Positions 1-9,471 of a stretch of 64,000 nt of DNA are shown here, one piece after another. The translations under genes and the position numbers were made by a program. This stretch comes from a virus: the IMG/VR virus record IMGVR_UViG_3300029845_000007; one strand, written 5' to 3'. Position 1 is the stretch's first letter; the number at the start of each line of letters is the position of its first letter. The notes under the pieces were generated by a model that did no database searches, was not told the origin of the DNA, and was given only the letters and a program-made list of their open reading frames with translations.

Positions 1-1435
1 CAACTTGCAGACCACGAGACATTTTAACTTCATATTGAGATTTATCAATATCCGTAGATATAGAATTGCTAGGAACAGAACCCCAAGACGGTGGAATAGG
101 AGTAAGACCTTTCAATACACCAACAAGATAAGACTGACCTTTCATACGTACCATACGAACATTACGATTTCCGTTATATACAGAATTGTCAATGAACATC
201 AGTTTGTGAGATGTCATAGGCAAGCCAGTACGAGGATGAATAAGACCATTAGCTTTTGCTGTTTCAGCAATAGGTGATTTATCCAAGAATGGAAGATGAA
301 CACAAGTAACTGTATGTCCGTCAATAGTCTTATATTTACGGAAGTATTTACCATAAGTAAGACCACCACCTTCTTCACCAATCATCTTTTCTCCAAGTGG
401 AGTAATGAATCCTTCTGACTTAACATCTTCACGAATAGCCATGTCGAAATCTTCGATACCACCTTTACCTGCATACAGAGTAATCTCCATAGAACCAGTA
501 TCGGTATCTTTATCAACTACATCACCAATAGTTCTTTTTAACTTGCTAAGAGGCAAGTATTCACCATAAGTATCGTAGTTAGATTCTTCTAGGATTTCAA
601 ACATTCCGGCAGTTTCAGGAATAGGTTGGTCATTATCCCAATCCTTCATATCAATAGTACCATTAACAGTACGATTGTAACGAGATGTCCATAAGTCAAT
701 CTCATTAGAGATACGCATCTGAACATCGAACTGACGCATTTCTTCATTAATCCAACGAGTATCAGTACCACCGCCTTTTGTCTTGAAAGCATAACTAACA
801 ATAACATTACTAATGTTACCTGCAATTTCCTTGCTATAACGTTTGAATCCTAACTGAGATTTCATAACACCAGGACCCATAACATTAGTTTTGTTACCCT
901 TAGAATAAGATTCAGGAATAGACGGAGCTAACATACACCAATACTTACCTTTCTCAAAGTTAGCTGGGTCAATATAAGCACTCTTATCTGGATTCTTTAG
1001 CTGCAAAGAATACAGATGTCCACCATGATTACCTGCACCGTGGTCACGCATTACACGAACAGTTGTCTTACCATCAGGAGCAAGCAAACCATACTGTTCA
1101 ATAATAAGACCAGTAGCAAACTCGACTTTAATAGGTTTACCACCAATACCAGGAGTAGTATCACTAGTGTCAGCCCAAACAATGTAATCATTGAATCTTT
1201 GACGACCCATTGTCTTCCAAGTCCACTCAACAGTAGTAATGTCACGAACACCAGCAGCACCTTGTCCTTCAGTAAGGAAAGTTAGCGGGAATCGGTCATC
1301 TTCCATACCATAAGTGTAAGTTAAGAAGTTGTTGATTTCCTCCGGTTTTTGAATCATTAAGGCAGCAAGAGATTGTTCATTAGAATAACCTCTGTCATCA
1401 TATCTACCTCTTTCGACTTCTCTTAATCTGTACAT
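1..1435 (-). CDS. Putative major capsid protein. Partial: the start codon is at 1435 and the ORF runs off the left edge of the window.
   Basis: Single uninterrupted minus-strand reading frame starting at ATG (complement of cat at 1433-1435) and extending past position 1. The hand translation is protein-like (MYRLREVERGRYDDRGYSNEQSLAALMIQKPEEINNFLTY...). It sits downstream of portal and scaffold-like genes, the usual MCP position. GC-richer codon usage fits a highly expressed structural gene. Assignment by gene order only. Confidence 0.4.
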   Translation of the reverse strand, partial: MYRLREVERGRYDDRGYSNEQSLAALMIQKPEEINNFLTYTYGMEDDRFPLTFLTEGQGAAGVRDITTVEWTWKTMGRQRFNDYIVWADTSDTTPGIGGKPIKVEFATGLIIEQYGLLAPDGKTTVRVMRDHGAGNHGGHLYSLQLKNPDKSAYIDPANFEKGKYWCMLAPSIPESYSKGNKTNVMGPGVMKSQLGFKRYSKEIAGNISNVIVSYAFKTKGGGTDTRWINEEMRQFDVQMRISNEIDLWTSRYNRTVNGTIDMKDWDNDQPIPETAGMFEILEESNYDTYGEYLPLSKLKRTIGDVVDKDTDTGSMEITLYAGKGGIEDFDMAIREDVKSEGFITPLGEKMIGEEGGGLTYGKYFRKYKTIDGHTVTCVHLPFLDKSPIAETAKANGLIHPRTGLPMTSHKLMFIDNSVYNGNRNVRMVRMKGQSYLVGVLKGLTPIPPSWGSVPSNSISTDIDKSQYEVKMSRGLQV

Positions 1436-1451
1436 ATTAGTTTTAATTTAG

Positions 1452-2786
1452 TTAGTTCAAGACTAGTTGGTCATTATCAACTGTCTTAGAATTATTACCT
1501 TTACTATTGATAATAACAGTCCTTTTACCAGTAGTTTGCGCTGCGGCAGTTCTAATAGATAGAACTTTTTGTTTATTAACAGCCATACCAACAAGACTAG
1601 CATAATCGCCACCAGTAAACCTTAGAAATGCTTTAAGTAAATCATCCTGCATACGAGCATCAGAATCAACTTTAGCTTCGTCTAACATATAAGCTGTATT
1701 ACCTTCACTATCAACAGGAGTAGACACATACTTCAAGAAGTCTTTGCGACTAAGCATTACTTTCTTTCCGTCTTTGTTACATTGGATTTGTTCAGGAATA
1801 CTATAACCTAATAGTTCGCCTTTGCTAATAGTCTTTTCTACATTATCCCAATATGCTTTTTCTTCAGCAGCAGCAGCAGCTTCTTTAGCTTCTACTTGTG
1901 CTTTCTGTTCAGCAAGTCGAGATTCATATATGCTATCAACAGCTTCTTTAGATTCAACAGCAGTATCATAAAGAATACCAGCGTTCTTACAATAGTCAAT
2001 AAATTTGTTTACGTCTCCTTTCTTACCGCTAAGTTTCCATTCTTCACGAATGAAAGTAGCTTGTTGTTCTTCGTTATCTTTACTAACAGTAATCTGACTT
2101 CTATCAGGTATTTCTACGAAGTCATCAAGAGTACCATTAAGTTTAAGATGATTAATAACTTGTTCTACTTGAGGATAAGTTTCAAATAAGTTATTAATAG
2201 CAGCAGTTTGAGCTTCTTTAACTCTACTCTGAACTACTGTTTCAACATAAGCAGCAATGCCTTCTTCATTATCATCAAATACGATAGGATTACCGTTTTC
2301 ATCTTTAAAGTCAGAACCGAAACGAGTTTGTAATTGGTTAAGAACACTTGGTTCAGAACCATTTTGAGCGATAAGTTCAGCAAGTTCAGTAGCAGTACGG
2401 AATACAGTTCCGTCAGCAGCAATAGCATTACCTTCAGCATCAATAGTATAATCTACACCGTCTACATTAATAGTATCACCTTCTGATAACTTAACTTCCC
2501 CCATAGAGGAGTCTTGTTGCTGATTATCCACTTGACCTTGCTGACCTTGATTTCCAGTATTACCATTACCGTTATTAGCATTAGTATCAGGATTAGTATC
2601 AGGATTACCATTACCATTACCTTGTTGACCTTGTTGATCTTGTTGTCCAGCACCTTGTTGTCCCTGTCCGGTAGTATTACCGTTATTACCAGAGCCAGCA
2701 CCTTGACCTGCACTACCAACAGTAGATATATCATCTATTTTAGTAGTACTTAAATCGAGAGAATCATTATTATTAAAAGTTGGCAT
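1452..2786 (-). CDS. Scaffolding-like or head-associated protein. It has a Q/G/N-rich low-complexity N-terminus and a coiled-coil acidic C-terminal half.
   Basis: 444-aa ORF between the putative portal and the capsid gene. Disordered GQGQQGAG/NGNGN tract. Contains one copy of the dispersed C5 motif at 2494-2522. Confidence 0.35.
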   Translation of the reverse strand: MPTFNNNDSLDLSTTKIDDISTVGSAGQGAGSGNNGNTTGQGQQGAGQQDQQGQQGNGNGNPDTNPDTNANNGNGNTGNQGQQGQVDNQQQDSSMGEVKLSEGDTINVDGVDYTIDAEGNAIAADGTVFRTATELAELIAQNGSEPSVLNQLQTRFGSDFKDENGNPIVFDDNEEGIAAYVETVVQSRVKEAQTAAINNLFETYPQVEQVINHLKLNGTLDDFVEIPDRSQITVSKDNEEQQATFIREEWKLSGKKGDVNKFIDYCKNAGILYDTAVESKEAVDSIYESRLAEQKAQVEAKEAAAAAEEKAYWDNVEKTISKGELLGYSIPEQIQCNKDGKKVMLSRKDFLKYVSTPVDSEGNTAYMLDEAKVDSDARMQDDLLKAFLRFTGGDYASLVGMAVNKQKVLSIRTAAAQTTGKRTVIINSKGNNSKTVDNDQLVLN

Positions 2787-3082
2787 AATAAATATGTTTT
2801 AATTATTACTTTCAAGTCAAATGTAGTCTAATAATATAAGAAATACAACTCTTGCTAGTTTGAATACCTTACTATTAGGTTTAGAAAAGCCTGTATTTGA
2901 ATTTAAGTAATATAAGAGTTAAATAGTATCAGCTAAAACGAACGTTCAACATAGGGCAAAAGAATAAGCCATTTTAAGGCTTGCTACGGCATTTTAATGC
3001 TTTATAATACAGTTCATCTCTTTAAGGGGGAAAATTCAATAGAAGTCAAAAAAATGCGGTCTACGTCAATCTTACGGGTACG

Positions 3083-3109
3083 AAAAACCCTACGGAGACA
3101 TCCGTAGGG
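3083..3109 (-). terminator. Rho-independent terminator after the putative portal gene.
   Basis: Top strand reads aaaaa-ccctacgg-agacat-ccgtaggg. On the minus-strand transcript this gives a perfect 8-bp stem with a 6-nt loop followed by UUUUU. Confidence 0.6.
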
Positions 3110-3157
3110 CACGTCTGAATCATAGAGAAAGGTATATAGCTAATTATAACTTAGTGT

Positions 3158-5590
3158 TCACTTCTTACTAGAACTACTACTAGACTTTGGTTTATCATAT
3201 TTGTTCTTATTCTCTTTAGCTATCTTTAGTTGATTATCTCTATCTAATGCAGCATTAATCATATCCAAGTCTTTAGCTCGTTTCTTCTCATTTAGTTCAG
3301 CTTGTTTTAAAGATAGTTCGGCAGAGTTATCTTGTGGTACAGTTTGTGCAGGTTGATTAGCTAGAGCAGCCATTGCAGCTTCTGTATCCATTCCTTTAGC
3401 AAGAAGGTCATAATAACCTTTGATTTCGGCAAGTCTAGCATCTTGTTCTCCTTTTGCAGCTATCTGTTCAAGAGCAGCTTTATTCTTAGCATCTTCTAAC
3501 TGTTGGTCTAGTTGACGAAGAGATTCTTCGTTTTTCTGACGAATTTCTTGATAACGATTAATAGCTAGTTTAAGACTAGATATATTCCCTGAAGTAATAG
3601 CTGCGACAGCTGACATTAAATCTCCATTCTGACTAGCATTGAAAGCCCACTCTTTGAGTTGCTCGAACTTCTCTGTTTCTCTATCAGAGTTCTTAGCTTT
3701 AATCACATACTGTCCGAGAGTATGATTCTCTACATTAAGAGAAATATATTGCTTTCTATCTGACTTATCATAATAAGAAGTATCTAACCCGTCAATCCAA
3801 GCTAGCTTAGAATTATTTAAGTCTACGATATATTCATCTTCACGAAACTTATCAAACATATAATTGGTAATAACAGTTCCCATTGAACTACGAATAATTG
3901 CTTCTTCCGTAGTACCTTTACCAGCACTAGTAGCTATTTGTCCATAACGTTGTGGTGTCATATCTACCATTTCACGTGCACTGACTTTAATAGATTCAAT
4001 AAGATTAGATATTTCAGTAATATAACCAGAGATATTAGCATCGAGCATTTTAATAGATTGCGCTTTAGTGCTATTAATATCTTCTGCATCATCGTATGGA
4101 AATATACCTTCAGCAGCTATATTATATATAGCTTCTTCCGCATCTTCTCCAAATAAAGACTTAGCTGCAACAAGAATAAACATCTTATTTTTAGCTATCA
4201 TCATTTCTCTATGATAAGAGAATATATTGATTAGTATTTGGAAAGGAGTAAGTATCTCTACAATGGAGAACTTTCCCATTTGAGGAAGAACTTCTTGAAG
4301 TCCACAATATTGCAATCTAGCATCATCGTCTATTTGGAAAGGAATAGGTTTAGCACCACCTGGGTATATACCGAAACGTTGTCCTCCAATACGATAACCT
4401 TCATATATCTGCGGTTTATATACAACAGATATTTCAATATGACCTAGTTCAGGATTAAATTCAAAGTCATCAGGAACAATCATTTCATCAACTAAACCTA
4501 CTTCGTTAATATACTTTAGTATCTTAACTTGCGCATATCCTCTCCAATTAACATGCCATACTTCTAACAATTCTCCGTTCTTTAATCTTAAATCATAACC
4601 TTCTGACGGAAATATCTCACCAGTATCTTCTTTATAGTTCTTACACTTTTCAGGAAAATAATAAGTATAAGAATTAAGACTAAGAGTACGAGTAGCTCCA
4701 ACAGTACTAGGATTATAATACTTAGTTATAAATTCTAGTTGTTCCTCTGTTAATTCATCAGAGAATTGGTCTATTACCTGATTGTAACTCATTAACATTC
4801 TACGAGCTACAATATCATATTTAGATACCATTTGTTCTCCATTAGGAACAGGATACATATCAGTAGTAGGAACATATTCTTTAATTAGTTTCTTACCACG
4901 AACAGTATGGAAACTATAAACTTCCCCCGTAGTGATATAGTTGAAATACTCAACCGGAATTATTGTCTCATTATTAAGAACATCATCAATAACTTCTAAT
5001 AGTTGCTGTGCTTGTGAACTTATCTCATCTATATAATTATCAATAAAGTTCTTTTCAAACTCTTCTGCATCACCTGCAAGTTGTGCTGGGTCAACATCTT
5101 GTGTTGGTTGTCCTTGAGCTTCTAGTTGAGCGTTTTCAGCTTGTTGCTGTTGTACTCTCTTTTGAACTTCTTGTTGAAACGCTATCATAGCTCTCTTAAC
5201 TATATCTTCTCGAATAGCTGCATCACGAGCCATAATAATTTCAGGATTATTAGCACCAACAATAAATTCATGCTGAGACTTAACATATTCTGATAAATAA
5301 CGACGAACTACATCATTAATAATATCAAGATTTCTTAGAGTAGCAGGAAACCTCTTAAAGTTCTCCTTAGTAGCATTATAAGGATTAAGTGTCTTACGAT
5401 AAAACTCGTCAGGCATTTCTCCATGAAGTATTTCAAGAAGTTGTTCAGTCTTAGTTCTATCATTACAAGCTAGTCCGGCAGCAATACAATAATCTATTGT
5501 TCTGCCTGCCCAATACTCATCCTTTTCAGAATTAGGGATACGCTGTTTAGGCATATCCCCAAGTCTAACATTTAGCTTTGCATCAATCAT
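3158..5590 (-). CDS. Putative portal protein.
   Basis: 810 aa. Positioned between the putative TerL and the scaffold-like and capsid genes. Long C-terminal coiled coil ending in a Ser/Lys tail. Assigned by size and synteny only. Confidence 0.4.
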   Translation of the reverse strand: MIDAKLNVRLGDMPKQRIPNSEKDEYWAGRTIDYCIAAGLACNDRTKTEQLLEILHGEMPDEFYRKTLNPYNATKENFKRFPATLRNLDIINDVVRRYLSEYVKSQHEFIVGANNPEIIMARDAAIREDIVKRAMIAFQQEVQKRVQQQQAENAQLEAQGQPTQDVDPAQLAGDAEEFEKNFIDNYIDEISSQAQQLLEVIDDVLNNETIIPVEYFNYITTGEVYSFHTVRGKKLIKEYVPTTDMYPVPNGEQMVSKYDIVARRMLMSYNQVIDQFSDELTEEQLEFITKYYNPSTVGATRTLSLNSYTYYFPEKCKNYKEDTGEIFPSEGYDLRLKNGELLEVWHVNWRGYAQVKILKYINEVGLVDEMIVPDDFEFNPELGHIEISVVYKPQIYEGYRIGGQRFGIYPGGAKPIPFQIDDDARLQYCGLQEVLPQMGKFSIVEILTPFQILINIFSYHREMMIAKNKMFILVAAKSLFGEDAEEAIYNIAAEGIFPYDDAEDINSTKAQSIKMLDANISGYITEISNLIESIKVSAREMVDMTPQRYGQIATSAGKGTTEEAIIRSSMGTVITNYMFDKFREDEYIVDLNNSKLAWIDGLDTSYYDKSDRKQYISLNVENHTLGQYVIKAKNSDRETEKFEQLKEWAFNASQNGDLMSAVAAITSGNISSLKLAINRYQEIRQKNEESLRQLDQQLEDAKNKAALEQIAAKGEQDARLAEIKGYYDLLAKGMDTEAAMAALANQPAQTVPQDNSAELSLKQAELNEKKRAKDLDMINAALDRDNQLKIAKENKNKYDKPKSSSSSSKK

Positions 5591-5853
5591 AATAATTCGC
5601 TTAGTTTAATAAGTATATTAATGTACCAATCAATAGCACCCGTAGCTATTACTATAATAAGCATTAACACGAATCCTATCATTCCGCCAAGCAATGTAGC
5701 TAAAATATCTAAGAAATCAAACTTACCTCCCGACATTTTATCTTTAAACTCCATACCAACGGCAAGACCTGCCACAAACATTATTCCTAGCAATCCACAT
5801 GGAATTGCATAGAGGAAATGTTTTAACCTGTTACTTTCTGTTAACCAACTCAT
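5587..5853 (-). CDS. Small membrane protein (2-3 TM helices).
   Basis: 88-aa hydrophobic ORF whose start/stop codons overlap those of its neighbours on both sides. Confidence 0.4.
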   Translation of the reverse strand: MSWLTESNRLKHFLYAIPCGLLGIMFVAGLAVGMEFKDKMSGGKFDFLDILATLLGGMIGFVLMLIIVIATGAIDWYINILIKLSELL

Positions 5854-5855
5854 AA

Positions 5856-8153
5856 TTAATAACGTTTACGATTCCAAAAATTTTCTTTTTCTGTTTGAAC
5901 TCTTTGTCTATGTTCAAGTTGCTTTTTAGCAAACTTATCATTAGCAGCCCATTCAATACCTCTAACAATCATTTCTGATACACGGTCAAAGTTACCAGTA
6001 TTAGACCATTTCTTTAACTCTAGTACCGACTGATAATCATATATAGTATGAAGAACAAGCATGTCACGTCCGTCTTCAAACTTCCCTATGGGGGAATACA
6101 ACATTTCCTTCAACATACGCAGACCGTCAAGTTTCACTGTCTCACTACTAATATCATAACCAATAGTATTAACCTTCTTACTATTAATATTAGTGTCCCA
6201 AAGATGAACAGGATGATAACCTAGATACTTAACAGCTTTCCACTTCTTAAAATTACTTACTGTTTCACCACGATTGATTTCAACATTAGTTGTACCAAGA
6301 CAATTATAAGTAACTGCAAAGTAATAACATATTCTGTCTGCCTTTTCTAGTTCATCAGGACGACCATAATACACAGCACATAGTCTAGGACGATAACCAT
6401 TATATATACAGGGATTCATCCATACTTTAATACTATTATGAGAATGTTTGTTAGTAAGCTCTTTTTTATCTTTATCAATACCAACAGGGTCATAACTAAT
6501 ACTATATATTCCCGGAGGAGTACCTTTAGTCAACTGACCAGTTTTCTTATCTACATATTCAACTTTAATAGGATTAAACCACTTACGAATACAACCTTCG
6601 GGGTCTTCATTAGAATGACGAGGAACATTCTTAATATAATCAAAGAAGTCTTTTCTATATACACCACCAGTTGCAGCAATACGTTCATTAGGAATAAACT
6701 CAAAGTTTTCAGAATCATATTCCACAAACTTACCGTCTATATAGAAGTTATACCTATTAGACATCTTTAGCTCTTGTTCCCATTCATCTAGTATCTCACT
6801 ACTAAATATATTCTCACTTACAGAACTAAATGATTCACTAGGCATATTAGCATATTGTCCACAATAACTAATAAACTTAGCAAATGATTTACTTTTAGCT
6901 TTTTCAATAGCACGTTCTTCTTCGGCTATCTGAAAACCTAAAACTATATCAGAATTACCGTCATCATCAAGAGATGTAAGAGTAGCAATCTGATTATCAT
7001 CACCAATCTTATAACCTTCAAGTCCCCAACAATAAGGTTTAAAATAACCACATACTTCCGGTCTACTATCTTTATCCCATACATTTTCAAATGCCATAAA
7101 GTTTCTACCTCTAGGGTCATAGAAGTTCTGTTCAAATGTAACCCAACCAGCATTAGCTTTACCAGCAGTACCCCAAGCATTAAGAAAACCAGTAGTAACA
7201 GAACCTGTCTTTAGTGTAGGTTCAGTAACATCCATAAAATCATCAAAGTTTTCAAACTCTGACATTTCCTCACACTTAATTTCTCCGGCATCTTTACCGA
7301 CAGCGGCAGAAGGATTATTCTTAGTAGACACAGATATACAAGCACTATTCCAACTATTATCATCAATAATGGCTGTACTAGGGTCTTTATAACCTAAGAT
7401 AAAATCACTAGCATCAATCTTAGCTATACCTCTTACAAATGGTGTATTAGATTCATAGAAGATAATCTGTTTCTTCATAAAGTCTGATAAACCACCTGAC
7501 TGAACTAAGAACTTGTTATCACTAGCTGCATGAATAACAGCACGATTAGGAGTAAGATTAATAAAGTTTGCAGAACCAATAGCTTCCATATAACTAAATC
7601 CACCACGACGAGTTTTATCATTTATAAGGAATAAACCATTATCTCGACAGAACTGTTTAATCAAGAAGTACCACCATTGACAATCTATGAATCGTGGAAA
7701 TCCTCTTATCTTACGTCCAGTAACTTTACCTTCTTCAACACGAAGTGTTTTAGTATCTAGTTTAAGAATACGTCCATAATTGATAAAGTTATAATGTTCA
7801 CCAGTAATATAAACCTCTTCTATCTCACCAGTTCTAGTATCCATAAGACATGGAGCTTTAAAACCTACAAGTCTACGAAGAGTTTCTTGTTTACGAAAGT
7901 TAGTATAAGGCATACTATCTACTGCAAACTTAGTATAAACCCCATCTTTCTCATAAGCAATAGCAGCAGGACGAAGAAGCTCTGTATTAACAAATCTCTT
8001 ATTTTGGTCAATGTTCATTAAGAATCCTCCACTTTCTCCTATTAAGAAATGGTCAAATGGGTCTTTATATCCAAAGTCACTAGCATGTTTATACTTCTTT
8101 CCTTTATCTTCTTCCATGTAATACATGAAAAATGGATATTCAGACAATTGCAT
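5856..8153 (-). CDS. Putative terminase large subunit.
   Basis: 765 aa. Glycine-rich P-loop-like segment (DKTRRGGFSY) in the N-terminal half. C-terminal acidic motifs (SLDDDGNSD, ISYDPVGIDKD) compatible with an RNaseH-like terminase nuclease. Located immediately upstream of portal. Confidence 0.5.
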   Translation of the reverse strand: MQLSEYPFFMYYMEEDKGKKYKHASDFGYKDPFDHFLIGESGGFLMNIDQNKRFVNTELLRPAAIAYEKDGVYTKFAVDSMPYTNFRKQETLRRLVGFKAPCLMDTRTGEIEEVYITGEHYNFINYGRILKLDTKTLRVEEGKVTGRKIRGFPRFIDCQWWYFLIKQFCRDNGLFLINDKTRRGGFSYMEAIGSANFINLTPNRAVIHAASDNKFLVQSGGLSDFMKKQIIFYESNTPFVRGIAKIDASDFILGYKDPSTAIIDDNSWNSACISVSTKNNPSAAVGKDAGEIKCEEMSEFENFDDFMDVTEPTLKTGSVTTGFLNAWGTAGKANAGWVTFEQNFYDPRGRNFMAFENVWDKDSRPEVCGYFKPYCWGLEGYKIGDDNQIATLTSLDDDGNSDIVLGFQIAEEERAIEKAKSKSFAKFISYCGQYANMPSESFSSVSENIFSSEILDEWEQELKMSNRYNFYIDGKFVEYDSENFEFIPNERIAATGGVYRKDFFDYIKNVPRHSNEDPEGCIRKWFNPIKVEYVDKKTGQLTKGTPPGIYSISYDPVGIDKDKKELTNKHSHNSIKVWMNPCIYNGYRPRLCAVYYGRPDELEKADRICYYFAVTYNCLGTTNVEINRGETVSNFKKWKAVKYLGYHPVHLWDTNINSKKVNTIGYDISSETVKLDGLRMLKEMLYSPIGKFEDGRDMLVLHTIYDYQSVLELKKWSNTGNFDRVSEMIVRGIEWAANDKFAKKQLEHRQRVQTEKENFWNRKRY

Positions 8154-8164
8154 AATCTATATAA

Positions 8165-8659
8165 TTATTTTAATAATACGACAACAAGAATAGCTAGCAC
8201 ACTTGTACTAGCTATAAATCCATTACGTTGTTTTTTATATCTCTTAGACTTTTTATACTCCTTATTAAGATTAGTAATAGCTTCATTACCTATTAACGTT
8301 ATCCTTCTTATTTCTTCACATTGCTTAGATATAACAGAATCCTGCAAGTAGCTATCTTGAACTTTTAATTCATATAACTTCTTGTAGGATTCGTATTGGT
8401 TTTTGTACTCTTCTGAAAGTATTAACTTAGCATTGGCTATTCTTAATACTTCTTTATCTAAGCTCCGCTTCGCTCCGCTATCCCCCATAAAGGGGTGTGA
8501 TTGCTGTAAACTATCTACCTTCGTCTCTAGTCTCTTGATTCTTAATTCTGACTGGTTTTGACACAAGATATATGAAGCGTTCGAGGATAGCAATACTATC
8601 AGTATCACTAATCGCTTTATTAAATTCTTTCTCATACTGATTAGTATTATTAAGAGCAT
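8165..8659 (-). CDS. Hypothetical coiled-coil protein with a C-terminal TM anchor.
   Basis: 164-aa ORF whose 5' region overlaps the 3' end of ORF 8511-8846 in another frame by 149 bp. An extended copy of the GC-rich dispersed repeat (8461-8510) is embedded in it and encodes ...HPFMGDSGAKRS... Confidence 0.3.
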   Translation of the reverse strand: MLLIILISMRKNLIKRLVILIVLLSSNASYILCQNQSELRIKRLETKVDSLQQSHPFMGDSGAKRSLDKEVLRIANAKLILSEEYKNQYESYKKLYELKVQDSYLQDSVISKQCEEIRRITLIGNEAITNLNKEYKKSKRYKKQRNGFIASTSVLAILVVVLLK

Positions 8660-8846
8660 TGAGAATAGAATCTATTACTAGTTGTAAACTATCTCTCTTT
8701 GTTTCTATTTCCTGATATATAGTATCAGGAACGATAAGTGGGACTTCTACACATTCCTTATTTGAAACAAAATGGGTGAATACTCTAATTCCAATAAATA
8801 GTATAATTACTACTAATAGTCCTATTCCAATGCTCTTTAGTTTCAT
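8511..8846 (-). CDS. Hypothetical protein with an N-terminal TM helix (spanin- or holin-like topology).
   Basis: 111 aa. N-terminal MKLKSIGIGLLVVIILFIGI hydrophobic segment. Sits between the putative cell-wall hydrolase and the 164-aa ORF. Confidence 0.3.
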   Translation of the reverse strand: MKLKSIGIGLLVVIILFIGIRVFTHFVSNKECVEVPLIVPDTIYQEIETKRDSLQLVIDSILNALNNTNQYEKEFNKAISDTDSIAILERFIYLVSKPVRIKNQETRDEGR

Positions 8847-9466
8847 ATTATCAAATCTTTTTCTTCTAATAACGTATAACTGAATATATCTCCGTAAATA
8901 GGAATGGATAATTCAACTATATTCATAAGTTCTCTAAAATCAGTATCTCTTGCTAGAACTTGACAACCTGCCGACCAACCGTCAACAACAACACTAGCTT
9001 CACCTGCCTTATGAATATTAATACCAAACATACCTTCTTCAATAGAAGATTCATCACAGTCCATATAAAAATCCTTGTTAGCATCACGGAATACTTTAAC
9101 AGGTTTATGTTGAACTAGAGCAGCATACTGTCCTTTATGATAACCTTTCTTAAAACAACCACGATATTGACCAGGAACTAGAATTGCACAACCTTTAAAA
9201 TTAACAGGTTTTTCAAGACTTTTAAATCCTGGGTCAGTAGTACAAGGATAAATAGGAGTATATCTTCTACTATTACCTGTCCAATAATCAATTATAAAAG
9301 CATCGTTAAACTCATTATTATCACGTTCTTTAGCACGAACTCCAATAAGATTAAGATTATACTTTCCAGTAGAGAAATAAACATATCCTTTACTTTCCAA
9401 TGTCTTTCGCCAATCAACTAGTCGACATTTATTTATTAACGCATCATTATATTTAAAACCACTCAT
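8843..9466 (-). CDS. Putative cell-wall hydrolase (YkuD-like L,D-peptidase fold). Candidate endolysin.
   Basis: 207 aa containing GINIHKAG...VDGWSAGCQVL, which resembles the His...SxGC catalytic signature of L,D-transpeptidase-fold enzymes. Adjacent to two small TM-protein ORFs, which together could form a lysis cassette. Confidence 0.3.
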   Translation of the reverse strand: MSGFKYNDALINKCRLVDWRKTLESKGYVYFSTGKYNLNLIGVRAKERDNNEFNDAFIIDYWTGNSRRYTPIYPCTTDPGFKSLEKPVNFKGCAILVPGQYRGCFKKGYHKGQYAALVQHKPVKVFRDANKDFYMDCDESSIEEGMFGINIHKAGEASVVVDGWSAGCQVLARDTDFRELMNIVELSIPIYGDIFSYTLLEEKDLII

Positions 9467-9471
9467 AATTA

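Noticed and set aside
5-277. Plus-strand 90-aa ORF at the window start
   Set aside because: Lies antisense inside the long minus-strand putative capsid gene. Low-complexity basic translation. Treated as spurious.
1016-2753. Several 60-100-aa ORFs on both strands (1016-1285, 1051-1260, 1896-2189, 2234-2443, 2462-2734, 2514-2753)
   Set aside because: All are embedded in or antisense to the long 1-1435 and 1452-2786 genes, with Leu/Ile/Ser-rich translations typical of AT-rich frames.
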